Source: Pseudorhodobacter sp.
Lineage (GTDB): Bacteria; Pseudomonadota; Alphaproteobacteria; Rhodobacterales; Rhodobacteraceae
Direction of reading: 5' to 3'
Assembly: GCA_031406155.1 (NCBI GenBank)
Contig: JANOGW010000049.1
Coordinates: 582-64,581 of the forward strand
DNA: 64,000 bases
The notes under the pieces were generated by a model. The model saw only the letters and a program-made list of their open reading frames with translations. It was not told where the DNA came from and searched no databases. Below, one piece after another: positions 1-9,400 of this stretch. The position numbers were made by a program, and so were the translations under genes. Position 1 is the first letter of the stretch. Each line of letters opens with the position of its first letter.

Positions 1-68
1 TCGAGTGTGGGGTTCATGAAGACCAATCTGGAGACACAGGTGAGTTTGCGCCCCGGTGGGATTGACTG

Positions 69-941
69 GTGATGTCGCGGATCGGAATGGCCTCGGAAAC
101 TTTGTATGCGGATTTCTTCGGCCTTGCCGAAAGGCCGTTCACGCTTGTGCCGGATCCCAGCTTTATCTACTGGTCCGAACAGCACAAGCGCGCCTTTGCC
201 GTGCTGGAATTCGGCATCATGTCGCGCGCGCCGATCACTTTGATCACAGGCGAAATCGGGTCGGGTAAGACCACGCTTCTGCAGGAACTTCTGGCCCGCA
301 TGGCGGCATCGGTCACCGTGGGCCTGGTATCCAACGCCCAAGGCGGGCGGGGCGAATTGCTGCAATGGGTGCTGCATTCGCTGGCGGTGGAGTGTAACCC
401 GGCGGCAAGCTATGTGCAGATGTTCCAGAAGCTGCAGGATTTCCTGATCAACGAATATGCCGAAGGCCGCCGCGTCATCCTGATTTTCGATGAGGCGCAG
501 AACCTGTCGACCGAAGGTCTGGAAGAGTTGCGCATGCTGACCAACATCAACGCCAACAAGGATGAGCTGATCCAGCTCATTCTGGTCGGCCAGCCCGAAT
601 TGCGCGAGATTGTCCTGCGCCCCACCATGCGCCAGCTGGCCCAGCGGGTGGCCGCCAGTTTCCATCTGCAAAGGATGGATTCAGACACCGTCACCAAGTA
701 TATAGAGCATCGGCTGCAAAAGGCGGGTGGCAGCGGCGAGGAATTCACCCATGGCGCCTGCGGCGTGGTGCACAAGGCGACGCGCGGGGTGCCGCGTCTG
801 GTGAACCAGCTTTGCGACTTTGCGATGCTTTATGCCTGGAGCGTCGAGGACAAGATCATTACCGCCAGCACGGTCGACAAGGTTCTGGCGGACGGCGTGT
901 TTTTTGGCGGTTATTCGCTGGAAGAGGAGACGACAGTCTGA
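69..941 (+). CDS. ExeA/GspA-like AAA ATPase of the kind found in PEP-CTERM/exosortase EPS loci
   Basis: N-terminal FFGLAERPF...PDPSF motif, Walker A GEIGSGKTTLL, Walker B ILIFDEAQNL. GTG at 69, so ATG 72 or 87 may be the real start. Its stop overlaps the next start (TGATG at 939-943). Confidence 0.8.
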   Translation: MMSRIGMASETLYADFFGLAERPFTLVPDPSFIYWSEQHKRAFAVLEFGIMSRAPITLITGEIGSGKTTLLQELLARMAASVTVGLVSNAQGGRGELLQWVLHSLAVECNPAASYVQMFQKLQDFLINEYAEGRRVILIFDEAQNLSTEGLEELRMLTNINANKDELIQLILVGQPELREIVLRPTMRQLAQRVAASFHLQRMDSDTVTKYIEHRLQKAGGSGEEFTHGACGVVHKATRGVPRLVNQLCDFAMLYAWSVEDKIITASTVDKVLADGVFFGGYSLEEETTV

Positions 942-2479
942 TGGCGAACCTGAGTTATTATTTTTCGATTTTCCTGCGCCGGCTGCCGTATTTTCTGCCC
1001 GTTGCCCTGGTCATCGCGGCGGTGTCGGTCATCGTGGCCCTGTCATTGCCGCCGGCGTTTGTCTCGCGCATGCAACTGATCGTGGAATCACCGCAGATCC
1101 CGGGTGAACTGGCGGCCCCGACTGCGGCGGCCCCCGCGCAAGAGCAGCTTCAGGTGGTCGAACAGCGGCTTCTGACGCGTGCCAACCTGCTGGATATCGC
1201 GAACCGCCTGCAGGTTCTGGACGATCAGGCGACGATGAACCCCGACGAGATTGTGCTGGCGATGCGGGCGCGCACCGTGGTCACCTCCAGTTCCGGACGT
1301 GACGAAGCCTCGCTGATGACGATATCGTTCGAGGCGGGGTCGGGGGAGAAGGCAGCGGGCGTTCTGAACGAATATCTGACGCTGATCCAGCAAGAAGACA
1401 TCGAATCGCGCACCGGGCGTGCCGCCCAGACACTGGAGTTCTTTGATCAGGAAGTGACCCGGCTGAATGCCGAACTGGCCGAGCAGAGCGCCGCCATTCT
1501 GGCTTTCAAGACCGCCAATTCCGATGCGCTGCCCGACAGTCTTGATTACCGGCTGGGTCAGCAATCGCAACTGCAGGAACGTCTGGGCCAACTGGACCGC
1601 GATATCTTCAACCTGACCAGCCAGCGGTTGCGGCTGGTGGAAGTGTTCAAGACGACGGGGCAGGTGGCCGAGGCCCGTGTCGAGGCGCTGACCCCCGAGC
1701 AGCGGCAACTCGAAGAGCTGCGCGTAGAACTGAACGACGCTTTGGCGGTCTATTCCGCCGAAAACCCCCGCGTGAAGATGTTGCAGGCCCGGATTTCCCA
1801 GGTTGAGGCCATCGTGCGGGCGCTGCCGGCAGACCAGCCCGATGATGCGGTGCAGACCGGCAATGCGATGCTGGATTTCCAGTTGACCGAGATCGACACC
1901 CGTCTGGCGTCTTTGAAAGAACAGAAGACAACAGTCGCGGCCGAGCTGAAAAAGCAGGAGGCCACGATCAAGCGCACGCCGGCAAACGCCATTCGCCTGG
2001 ATGAATTGACGCTCAACTATCAGAACATCCAGTTGCAGTACAATTCGGCGGTGGACCGGTTGGCCAAGGCCAGTGCGGGCGAGCGGATCGAGTTCATGTC
2101 GCAAGGGCAGAAAATCTCGGTAATTGAACCGCCGGCAACCCCCAACCAGCCAACCAAGCCGAACCGCCTGCTGATCGCCGGTGGCGGCAGTGTCTTCGGG
2201 ATCATGGTGGGGCTTGGCCTTGTGCTGCTGCTTGAAGTGCTTAACCGGTCGATCCGGCGCCCCGAGGATCTGGTGCGCGCCCTTGGCGTGTCGCCGATCG
2301 CCACCATCCCTTACGTCCAGACCCGTGGCGAGGTATTTGCCCGGCGCGGGCGCAAGCTGGTCCTGACGCTGCTGATCCTGATAGGGGTGCCGGCCATCGT
2401 CTATGCCATCCATACCTATTACCAGCCGCTCGACCTGATCGCAGAGCAGATCATGAACAAGATAGGTGTGCGGTGGTGA
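941..2479 (+). CDS. Polysaccharide co-polymerase / chain-length determinant (Wzz/GumC type)
   Basis: Start taken at the internal ATG 941 (MANLSYYFSIFLRRLPYF), not the track start 812. It has an N-terminal TM helix, a long coiled-coil-like Q/E/L-rich periplasmic region and a C-terminal TM (LLIAGGGSVFGIMVGLGLVLLL). Confidence 0.8.
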   Translation: MANLSYYFSIFLRRLPYFLPVALVIAAVSVIVALSLPPAFVSRMQLIVESPQIPGELAAPTAAAPAQEQLQVVEQRLLTRANLLDIANRLQVLDDQATMNPDEIVLAMRARTVVTSSSGRDEASLMTISFEAGSGEKAAGVLNEYLTLIQQEDIESRTGRAAQTLEFFDQEVTRLNAELAEQSAAILAFKTANSDALPDSLDYRLGQQSQLQERLGQLDRDIFNLTSQRLRLVEVFKTTGQVAEARVEALTPEQRQLEELRVELNDALAVYSAENPRVKMLQARISQVEAIVRALPADQPDDAVQTGNAMLDFQLTEIDTRLASLKEQKTTVAAELKKQEATIKRTPANAIRLDELTLNYQNIQLQYNSAVDRLAKASAGERIEFMSQGQKISVIEPPATPNQPTKPNRLLIAGGGSVFGIMVGLGLVLLLEVLNRSIRRPEDLVRALGVSPIATIPYVQTRGEVFARRGRKLVLTLLILIGVPAIVYAIHTYYQPLDLIAEQIMNKIGVRW

Positions 2480-2517
2480 CCCCTGCCGGACGCAGACAAC
2501 GACAAGGAAACGCGTGA

Positions 2518-3321
2518 ATGGAACGACTGCAAGCGGCGATCGAGAAGGCACGGACCCGGCGCCAGGATACCCGGACGCAAGGATCGGCACCCCGGCCGGA
2601 GGCTCCGGCAACAGGGGTCGAGGCAGCTTGGGCAAGCCTCGCGGCCTTAGAAATCCACAGCAGCAAATTGCGCAAGAACCGTCTCGTTGCCTTCGAGAGC
2701 GGCCCGGACGCCGCCCCCTATGACATGCTGCGCACGCGGATGCTGCAGCAGGCCCGGAAAAACAACTGGCGCCGGGTTGCGATTGTCTCGCCCCATGCAG
2801 GTTGTGGCAAGACCACGACGGCGGCCAATCTGGTGTTCAGCTTCAGCCGGCAAAAAGATCTGCGCTGCATCATTCTTGATCTTGATCTGCGCCGGATCGG
2901 CCTTGGCAAGGCGCTTGATCAGAAACGCACCTACAGCATGGCCGATGTGCTCGAACGGCGCGTCAGCTTTGCCGACCACGGGTTGCGCTATGGCACCAAT
3001 GTTGCGGTCGGGCTGAACAGCACGACGGCAAGCAGTCCGTCCGAGCTGTTGCAAAGCCAGCAGACCCGCGATGTTCTGGCCGAGATTGAAGCCGCCTATC
3101 AGCCAGACCTCATGATCTTCGACATGCCCCCCCTGATGAGCAGTGACGATAACTACGGTTTTCTGAAGAATGTCGATTGCGCGCTGATCCTCGCCGAGGC
3201 CGACACCACCACGATAGAACAGGTGGATGCAGCGGAACGCCAGGTTGCCGACCTGACCAATGTCCTAGGCGTTGTTCTGAACAAATGCCGCTATAATGAA
3301 GGGGCTTACGGGTATGAATAA
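2518..3321 (+). CDS. BY-kinase-like P-loop ATPase (EpsG/CpsD-type tyrosine autokinase partner of the co-polymerase)
   Basis: Walker A SPHAGCGKTTTAANL, Walker A' ILDLDLRR, Walker B LMIFDMPP, and a Tyr-containing C-terminal tail RYNEGAYGYE. RBS-like AAGGAAA lies upstream. Confidence 0.75.
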   Translation: MERLQAAIEKARTRRQDTRTQGSAPRPEAPATGVEAAWASLAALEIHSSKLRKNRLVAFESGPDAAPYDMLRTRMLQQARKNNWRRVAIVSPHAGCGKTTTAANLVFSFSRQKDLRCIILDLDLRRIGLGKALDQKRTYSMADVLERRVSFADHGLRYGTNVAVGLNSTTASSPSELLQSQQTRDVLAEIEAAYQPDLMIFDMPPLMSSDDNYGFLKNVDCALILAEADTTTIEQVDAAERQVADLTNVLGVVLNKCRYNEGAYGYE

Positions 3322-3364
3322 ACACTGCCGCGCCCCATCCCGACCGCACTGAAGGGGGCTGGCC

Positions 3365-4240
3365 ATGTCCGGCACAGACCTGCCCGAGGCGGCGGTCATC
3401 ATTCCGCATTATAATGATGTCATCCGGCTGGAGCGCTGCCTGAAAGCCCTGACGGCGGGTGCTCTGCAGGGGGTCGATATTCTTGTTGTCGATAATGGCT
3501 CGACACAAAGCCTGACCGGGCTGCAGGCGGCCTTTCCCATGGTGCGCGTCCTGACCGAGCCGGAAAAGGGCGCGGCCGCTGCGCGCAACCGCGGTGTGCG
3601 TGAGACGGCGGCCCCGATCCTGATTTTCATCGATTCCGATTGCCTGCCGGCACCCGATTGGCTTGATGTCGCCCGCGCCGTGGCCCCGAAGGCCGATCTG
3701 ATCGGCGGGCGCGTCGATGTGTTTGACGAAACCCCGCCACCCCGTTCAGGGGCCGAGGCGTTCGAGACGGTCTTTGCCTTCAATTTTCGCAATTATATCG
3801 AGGTGCAGGGCTTTACCGGGGCCGGTAATCTGGTCACCCGACGTGATGTGTTTGACGCTGTCGGCGGTTTTGTGAACGGCGTGTCCGAAGATCGCGACTG
3901 GAGCATGCGCGCGGTCGCCAAGGGCTACCGGCTGATCTACGAGGACGGCCTTGTCGTCAGCCATCCGTCGCGGTCGGACTGGCCGGCCTTGCGCCATAAG
4001 TGGCATCGCATGACCCGCGAATTATGCGCCTCGAATGGCACCAGCCCGCGGGCCAGGCTGCGCTGGGGGCTGCGGGCGCTGGCGATGCCGGTCAGCGCCA
4101 TTGCCCATCTGCCCAAAGTGCTGTTCAGCAGCAAGTTGAACGGCATGCCCGAGCGGGTGCGCGCCGTGGCAACCCTGATCCGGCTCAGGCTGTTGCGCAT
4201 GGTATGGATGCTGCGTCAGGCCGCGGGTCTGACGATCTGA
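3365..4240 (+). CDS. Family 2 glycosyltransferase
   Basis: AAVIIPHYND...VVDNGS...ARNRGV...IFIDSDC (DxD) is a typical GT-A/GT2 motif order. Confidence 0.8.
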   Translation: MSGTDLPEAAVIIPHYNDVIRLERCLKALTAGALQGVDILVVDNGSTQSLTGLQAAFPMVRVLTEPEKGAAAARNRGVRETAAPILIFIDSDCLPAPDWLDVARAVAPKADLIGGRVDVFDETPPPRSGAEAFETVFAFNFRNYIEVQGFTGAGNLVTRRDVFDAVGGFVNGVSEDRDWSMRAVAKGYRLIYEDGLVVSHPSRSDWPALRHKWHRMTRELCASNGTSPRARLRWGLRALAMPVSAIAHLPKVLFSSKLNGMPERVRAVATLIRLRLLRMVWMLRQAAGLTI

Positions 4241-4279
4241 CAGTGGCCTTCTGGCCGGACAAGCGTCACGGGCGCGGCT

Positions 4280-4873
4280 TTACGGGCGCGGGCGCAGAAG
4301 TCGCCAGCTGGCGGTGATGATCAAAACCGGGCAAAGCACCTCCAACGTCGTGGTCAGACCATGCAGAAAAATATCTGCAGTCCCTTGATCCGGAACGAAA
4401 ATATGCAGAAGGTGTCCGGCGCGGATCAAAACGAAACCGGCAAGTGCTGCCAGGCCCAAAAGCGGCAGCAGGTTCTGGCGGACGGTGCCGCGCAGGATCC
4501 AGAACATTGCCGCGCACGCCAGCGCTGCCACAACGATCAGGCCAAAAACGAAGTCGCGTTGCACGATGCGGCGGTTTTCGTACCAGCCCTGTTGCTGAGC
4601 AAGGCAGCGGCCAAGGGCGGTCAGCAGCGATTGCAGATCAAGTTGCTTGTTAACGGCCAAAGCCGCCATCAACAGGGCAATCAGGCCCCAGAACACCTGC
4701 GTCTGCCGACGATGCGGGGAGGAGAAAGTCACTCGCCGCAGCACAATCACTGCCGTTGCGAAGGCCAGCGCATAGGCGGCAAAAACCGCCCATCCCGTTA
4801 TGTTCGGGTCCCCTATGACCAGCTGCCAGCGGTCGGATACACAGGCGGAAAAACGATCATGGGAAAAGGCCAT
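4280..4873 (-). CDS. Hypothetical polytopic membrane protein
   Basis: 197-aa ORF with about five hydrophobic helices. It fills the gap between flanking genes. No recognisable catalytic motif. Confidence 0.5.
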   Translation of the reverse strand: MAFSHDRFSACVSDRWQLVIGDPNITGWAVFAAYALAFATAVIVLRRVTFSSPHRRQTQVFWGLIALLMAALAVNKQLDLQSLLTALGRCLAQQQGWYENRRIVQRDFVFGLIVVAALACAAMFWILRGTVRQNLLPLLGLAALAGFVLIRAGHLLHIFVPDQGTADIFLHGLTTTLEVLCPVLIITASWRLLRPRP

Positions 4874-5052
4874 TGGGGGTCTATTCTGGGTCTAATTGTG
4901 CCGGATTGCTGCCCTCATCCGGGCGTCTGGATCGGTTCGGTTTTTTGTTTTATCGCGTATAGCCGCAACGGGCTGGTAATATCAAAGCTTTCCATGGCAG
5001 GAACGCCACGGGTTTTCAGGATGTGGTCTGATCAAGGGTAAACGGGGACAAG

Positions 5053-6294
5053 ATGGCATTGGATGCAGATCGCAAGGCGCAGCAGACCCCCGCTCTGGCG
5101 CGGGTGGAACGGGGTAATATGTGCACTGGTTGTGGCGGCTGTGCGCTGGTAGCCCCTGATGCCGTGCGGATGGAGATGCGTGCCCCCGGCTATCTGCGCC
5201 CGGCGCAAATCGGGGTGCTGACACCAGCCGAGGACGCCCGCATCGCCCGCATCTGCCCCGGTCTCGGGCAGACCGTGCAGGCTGAAGGGCGGACCGATGA
5301 TGTGCTTTGGGGGCCCTATGTCAGCATGCACACCGGATATGCCACCGATGCAGCCTTGCGGCATACCGCGTCCTCTGGTGGCGGGCTGTCGGCGGTGCTG
5401 GTGCATCTGCTGCAAAGCGGTCAGGTCGACGCCGTGATCCAGACCGGTGCCGCCCCCGATGTGGCCGTGGCCAATGTGGCGGTGCTGTCAGACACGGCTG
5501 ACGGTGTGCTGGCGGCCGCCGGATCGCGCTATGCGCCGTCCTCGCCCTTGGCGGGATTGCAGCCGCATCTGGACAGTGATCGGCGCTTTGCCTTTGTCGG
5601 CAAGCCTTGTGATGTTGCCGCGCTGCGCGCGCTTGCCCTGGAAGATCCCCGCGTCGATGCACGAATTCCGGTGATGCTGTCGTTCTTTTGCGCGGGCATC
5701 CCGTCGCAGACCGGTGCCGAGGCGGTATTGGCAGCATTGGGCACCGATCCGGCCCATACGGCGGCGTTTCGCTATCGCGGCAATGGCTGGCCGGGGCAGG
5801 CGACGGCGACCCTGCAAGATGGCAGCACCCGCTCGATGAGCTATAATGACAGTTGGGGCAAGATCCTGTCGCGCCATGTGCAGCACCGCTGCAAGATCTG
5901 CGCCGATGGCACCGGCACGGCCGCCGATCTGGTCTGCGCCGATGCCTGGGTCAGTGATGCGCGCGGCTATCCGGTGTTTGAAGAACAAGATGGCATCAGT
6001 CTGATCGTGGCCCGCAATGCCAAGGGGGCCGATCTTCTGGCGCAGGCCAAAGCCGCGGGGCATCTGGTGACAGAAGGCTTCGATGTGTCCCGGCTGACCG
6101 CGATCCAGCCGGGACAGGTCGGGCGCAGGCGCGCGCTTCTGGCGCGGCTTGCCGGGCTTTGGCTGCTGGGAAGACCGGTTCCACGCTACCGCGGGCTGCA
6201 TCTGCGCAGCGCGGGGGCGCAAAACTCTCTGGCTCGCAATCTGAAGAACTTTCTTGGCATGGTGCGGCGCGGGCTGACGGGGCGGCTTGGCTGA
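5053..6294 (+). CDS. Coenzyme F420 hydrogenase/dehydrogenase beta-subunit-like (FrhB family) Fe-S flavoprotein
   Basis: CTGCGGCALVAP cysteine cluster, FVGKPCDVAALR motif and CKICADGTG. This family commonly accompanies polysaccharide pyruvyl transferases. Confidence 0.7.
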   Translation: MALDADRKAQQTPALARVERGNMCTGCGGCALVAPDAVRMEMRAPGYLRPAQIGVLTPAEDARIARICPGLGQTVQAEGRTDDVLWGPYVSMHTGYATDAALRHTASSGGGLSAVLVHLLQSGQVDAVIQTGAAPDVAVANVAVLSDTADGVLAAAGSRYAPSSPLAGLQPHLDSDRRFAFVGKPCDVAALRALALEDPRVDARIPVMLSFFCAGIPSQTGAEAVLAALGTDPAHTAAFRYRGNGWPGQATATLQDGSTRSMSYNDSWGKILSRHVQHRCKICADGTGTAADLVCADAWVSDARGYPVFEEQDGISLIVARNAKGADLLAQAKAAGHLVTEGFDVSRLTAIQPGQVGRRRALLARLAGLWLLGRPVPRYRGLHLRSAGAQNSLARNLKNFLGMVRRGLTGRLG

Positions 6295-6478
6295 ACCATC
6301 CCCACATTTCGAGGGGGCTGTTTTGCCACACCAGAATTACTTTGCCGTGAACCCTGCAAGGCTTTAAACTTAAACATCAATATTTGAGGCTACTTTCGCA
6401 CCATAACCTAGGAGAAGCCTTTTCTTTGACTGATTGAAGTCCTAGCTACAGTGTTGTCCTTGAACTTCACAATTCACA

Positions 6479-9400
6479 TTGGTTGCCTTTGCGATGCTTA
6501 GAATATTGCCTCTGTTTCAAGATGTTACCCGCGCGTTTCAGGGGGCTGTAAAGAATCACGCGCCCGCCGTTGCGGTGGTGCAGGGATCCGTTCAGATCAG
6601 TTACGCCGATCTGGACCGGCTGTCGGATGTGCTGGCGGACCGCCTGATCAAGGCAGGTGTGGCCTCTGGCAGTTTGGTCGGGCTGGCGGCAACGCAGGAC
6701 CCCGGCACCATCATCAGCATTCTGGCCATCCTGAAGGCGGGGGCAGGCTATGTGCCGCTGCCCGGCTATTACCCTGAGGCGCGGCTGCGCGTGATCGCCC
6801 AGGATGCCGGGCTTGCGCTGATCCTAGGCTCGGTGCCTGCCTTGGTGGAAATGACCATCCCCCAGACCTCGTTTGACTGGCAGTCCTGCACGGAAACCAC
6901 CAGCCCCAGCTTGCCGACGCTGGATGGCGAGGCGGTGGCCTATGTGATGTACACCTCCGGCTCTACCGGCGTGCCCAAGGGCGTCGTCGTGCCGCACCGC
7001 GCCATTCTGCGGCTGGTGCAGGGCCAGAATTTCATGGCGCTGGGGCCGGATGAGCGGATATTGCAGAACTCAGCCATCGCCTTTGATGCCGCCACGCTGG
7101 AGATTTGGGGTGCGCTGCTGAACGGTGGCACCTTGGTCATGCCAGAAGAGACCTCGGGCTCGCTCAGCGCGCTTGGCGAGGTGATCAGGGATCAGCGCAT
7201 CACCTCGATGTGGCTGACAGCAGGGCTGTTTCATGCCATGGCCGACACCCGGCCCGGCGATTTTGCCCCCCTGCGCCAGTTGCTGACCGGGGGCGATGTG
7301 GTGTCGCCTGCCTGCGTTGCAAAGGTGATGGCGGCTTGCCCCGGCCTGACGGTGATCAACGGCTATGGCCCGACCGAGAACACTACCTTCACCTGCTGCC
7401 ATACCATTACCCGCGCCGAGGCGGAACTGGGCATGTCCTTGCCCATCGGCCGCCCTATCAGCGGCACCGATGTGTTCGTGCTGGATGCAAACCTTGCCCC
7501 CGTGCCCGCAGGCGAGCCGGGGGAGTTGTTTGCTGCAGGCGAGGGTCTGGCACTTGGCTATCTGGGCCGGGCTGATCTTACAGCCGAGAAATTTATCGCA
7601 GCCCCGTGGGACGCTGATGTGACGCTGTACCGTACTGGCGATCTGGTGCGGCAAGACGCAAAGGGCGTAGTGCACTATCTAGGCCGGATCGATACGCAGG
7701 TGAAAATTCGCGGCTTCCGGATTGAGCTTGGTGAAGTTGAGGCGGCACTGGAGGCTACCGGCGGCATCAGCCAGGCCGTGGTTGTGGCGCGCGCTGGTGC
7801 CGATCATGCCGACAAAATGCTGGTCGCCTATTGTGTGGCGGGGGACGCACTTGATGAAGGCACCTTGCGGGCCAGCCTTGGCGCACGTCTGCCCGATTAT
7901 GCCGTGCCATCGCGGTTTGTGACGCTGCCCGCGCTGCCGTTGAACAGCAATGGCAAAGTTGATCGGCGCGCGCTGGAGGCACTGGCTTTGCCAAAAGCTG
8001 CCAAACCGGCAAAGCCCGCCACCAGCACGCACAGCCTAGAAGAAATGATTGCAGGCCAGTTGGCGACAGCCCTTGGCATCGATGAAAGTGATCTCGACCG
8101 CAGCGCCAATTTCTTTGATCTTGGCGCCTCGTCATTGCATGTGGCCCGGGTGCATGACGGGCTGCAAACAGCGCTGGACCGGCGCTTTCCGATCTCGGAT
8201 TTCTTTCTGCATTCGACCATCGCTGCCATGGCCACTCACTTGGGCAAACCCGCCAAGGCGGCGGGGCCTGTCATCCTTGCGCCAAAGAAAGATCGCTCTG
8301 ACACCGGACTGATCGCCATCATCGGGTTGGCGGGCAAGTTTCCCGGCGCGCGCTCGGCTGAGGAATTCTGGGACGGCCTGGTGGCGGGCCGCGAGATGAT
8401 TTCGCAGTTCACCCCGGAAGAGCTGGATATCGATCTGTCCAAGGGCGACGCGGGGGCTGGGTTTGTCAATGCGCGCGGCGTGATGCCGGATGCTGACATG
8501 TTCGATGCCAGGCATTTCAACATCCCGCCCCGCGAGGCGGAACGGATGGACCCGCAGCACCGGATTTTGTTGGAAGTGGCGCAGACGGCGCTCGACAGTG
8601 CCGGCCATGATCCCGCACAGTTTGCGGGCAAGATCGGTATCTATGCAGGCTCCAGCCAGAACTCGTATCTGCTGAACAATCTGCTGTCTGCGCCGGGTGC
8701 CTCGCGGGCTTACGCGGCCAGCTATCCGCTGGACGATTTCGCGACGCTGTTTGGCAATGACAAGGATTTCATCGCCACCCGCATCGCCTACAAGCTGAAC
8801 CTGCGCGGGCCTGCGGCGACAGTGCTGTGCGCCTGTTCGACGTCACTGGTGGCGGTGGCGCAAGGCTGCGAAAGCCTGTTGTCTGGCACCTCGGATATGG
8901 TGCTGGCGGGCGGTGTGTCTGTCACCTTCCCGTCAAAGCGCAATTACAAATACATGCCCGACGGCATGGCTTCGGCCGATGGTCATTGCCGGACGTTCGA
9001 TGCTGATGCGACCGGCACGGTGTTTGGCGATGGCGCGGGGCTGGTGGTGCTGCGCCGTCTGGAAGATGCGCTGGCGGATGGCGACACTGTCATCGCGGTG
9101 ATCCGGGGTTATTCGATCAACAACGACGGCTCGGAAAAGGCGGGTTATGCAGCGCCCTCGATCAAGGCGCAGGCGGCGGTCATTCAGGCGGCGCATCTGG
9201 CAGCCGGGGTGAATGCACGTGAGATCGGCTATATCGAGGCGCATGGCACCGCGACGCCGCTGGGTGACCCGATCGAATTTGCGGCATTGCATGCGGCGTT
9301 TTCGGCCAGCACCGATGCGCGCGGGTTTTGTGCCCTGGGGTCTGCCAAGACCAATGTCGGGCACTTGGATATTGCCGCCGGCATCACTGGGCTGATCAAG

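Noticed and set aside
1088-2635. 515-aa minus-strand ORF overlapping the whole chain-length-determinant gene
   Set aside because: It is antisense to a gene with clear Wzz-type topology and motifs. Its translation is Arg/Gly/Pro/Gln-rich low-complexity sequence typical of spurious open frames in high-GC DNA.
6292-6330. Possible terminator after the FrhB-like gene (CCCC...GGGGG followed by CTGTTTT)
   Set aside because: The stem is only 4-5 bp, which is too weak to call an intrinsic terminator by eye.
6295-6478. A/T-rich 184-nt region upstream of the first megasynthase as a riboswitch or leader peptide
   Set aside because: Only trivial short repeats are visible (TTAAAC x2, TTCACA x2), with no convincing conserved helices or small ORF with an RBS. 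It is most simply a promoter region. No Shine-Dalgarno is evident for either TTG 6479 or ATG 6494, so the exact start remains uncertain.
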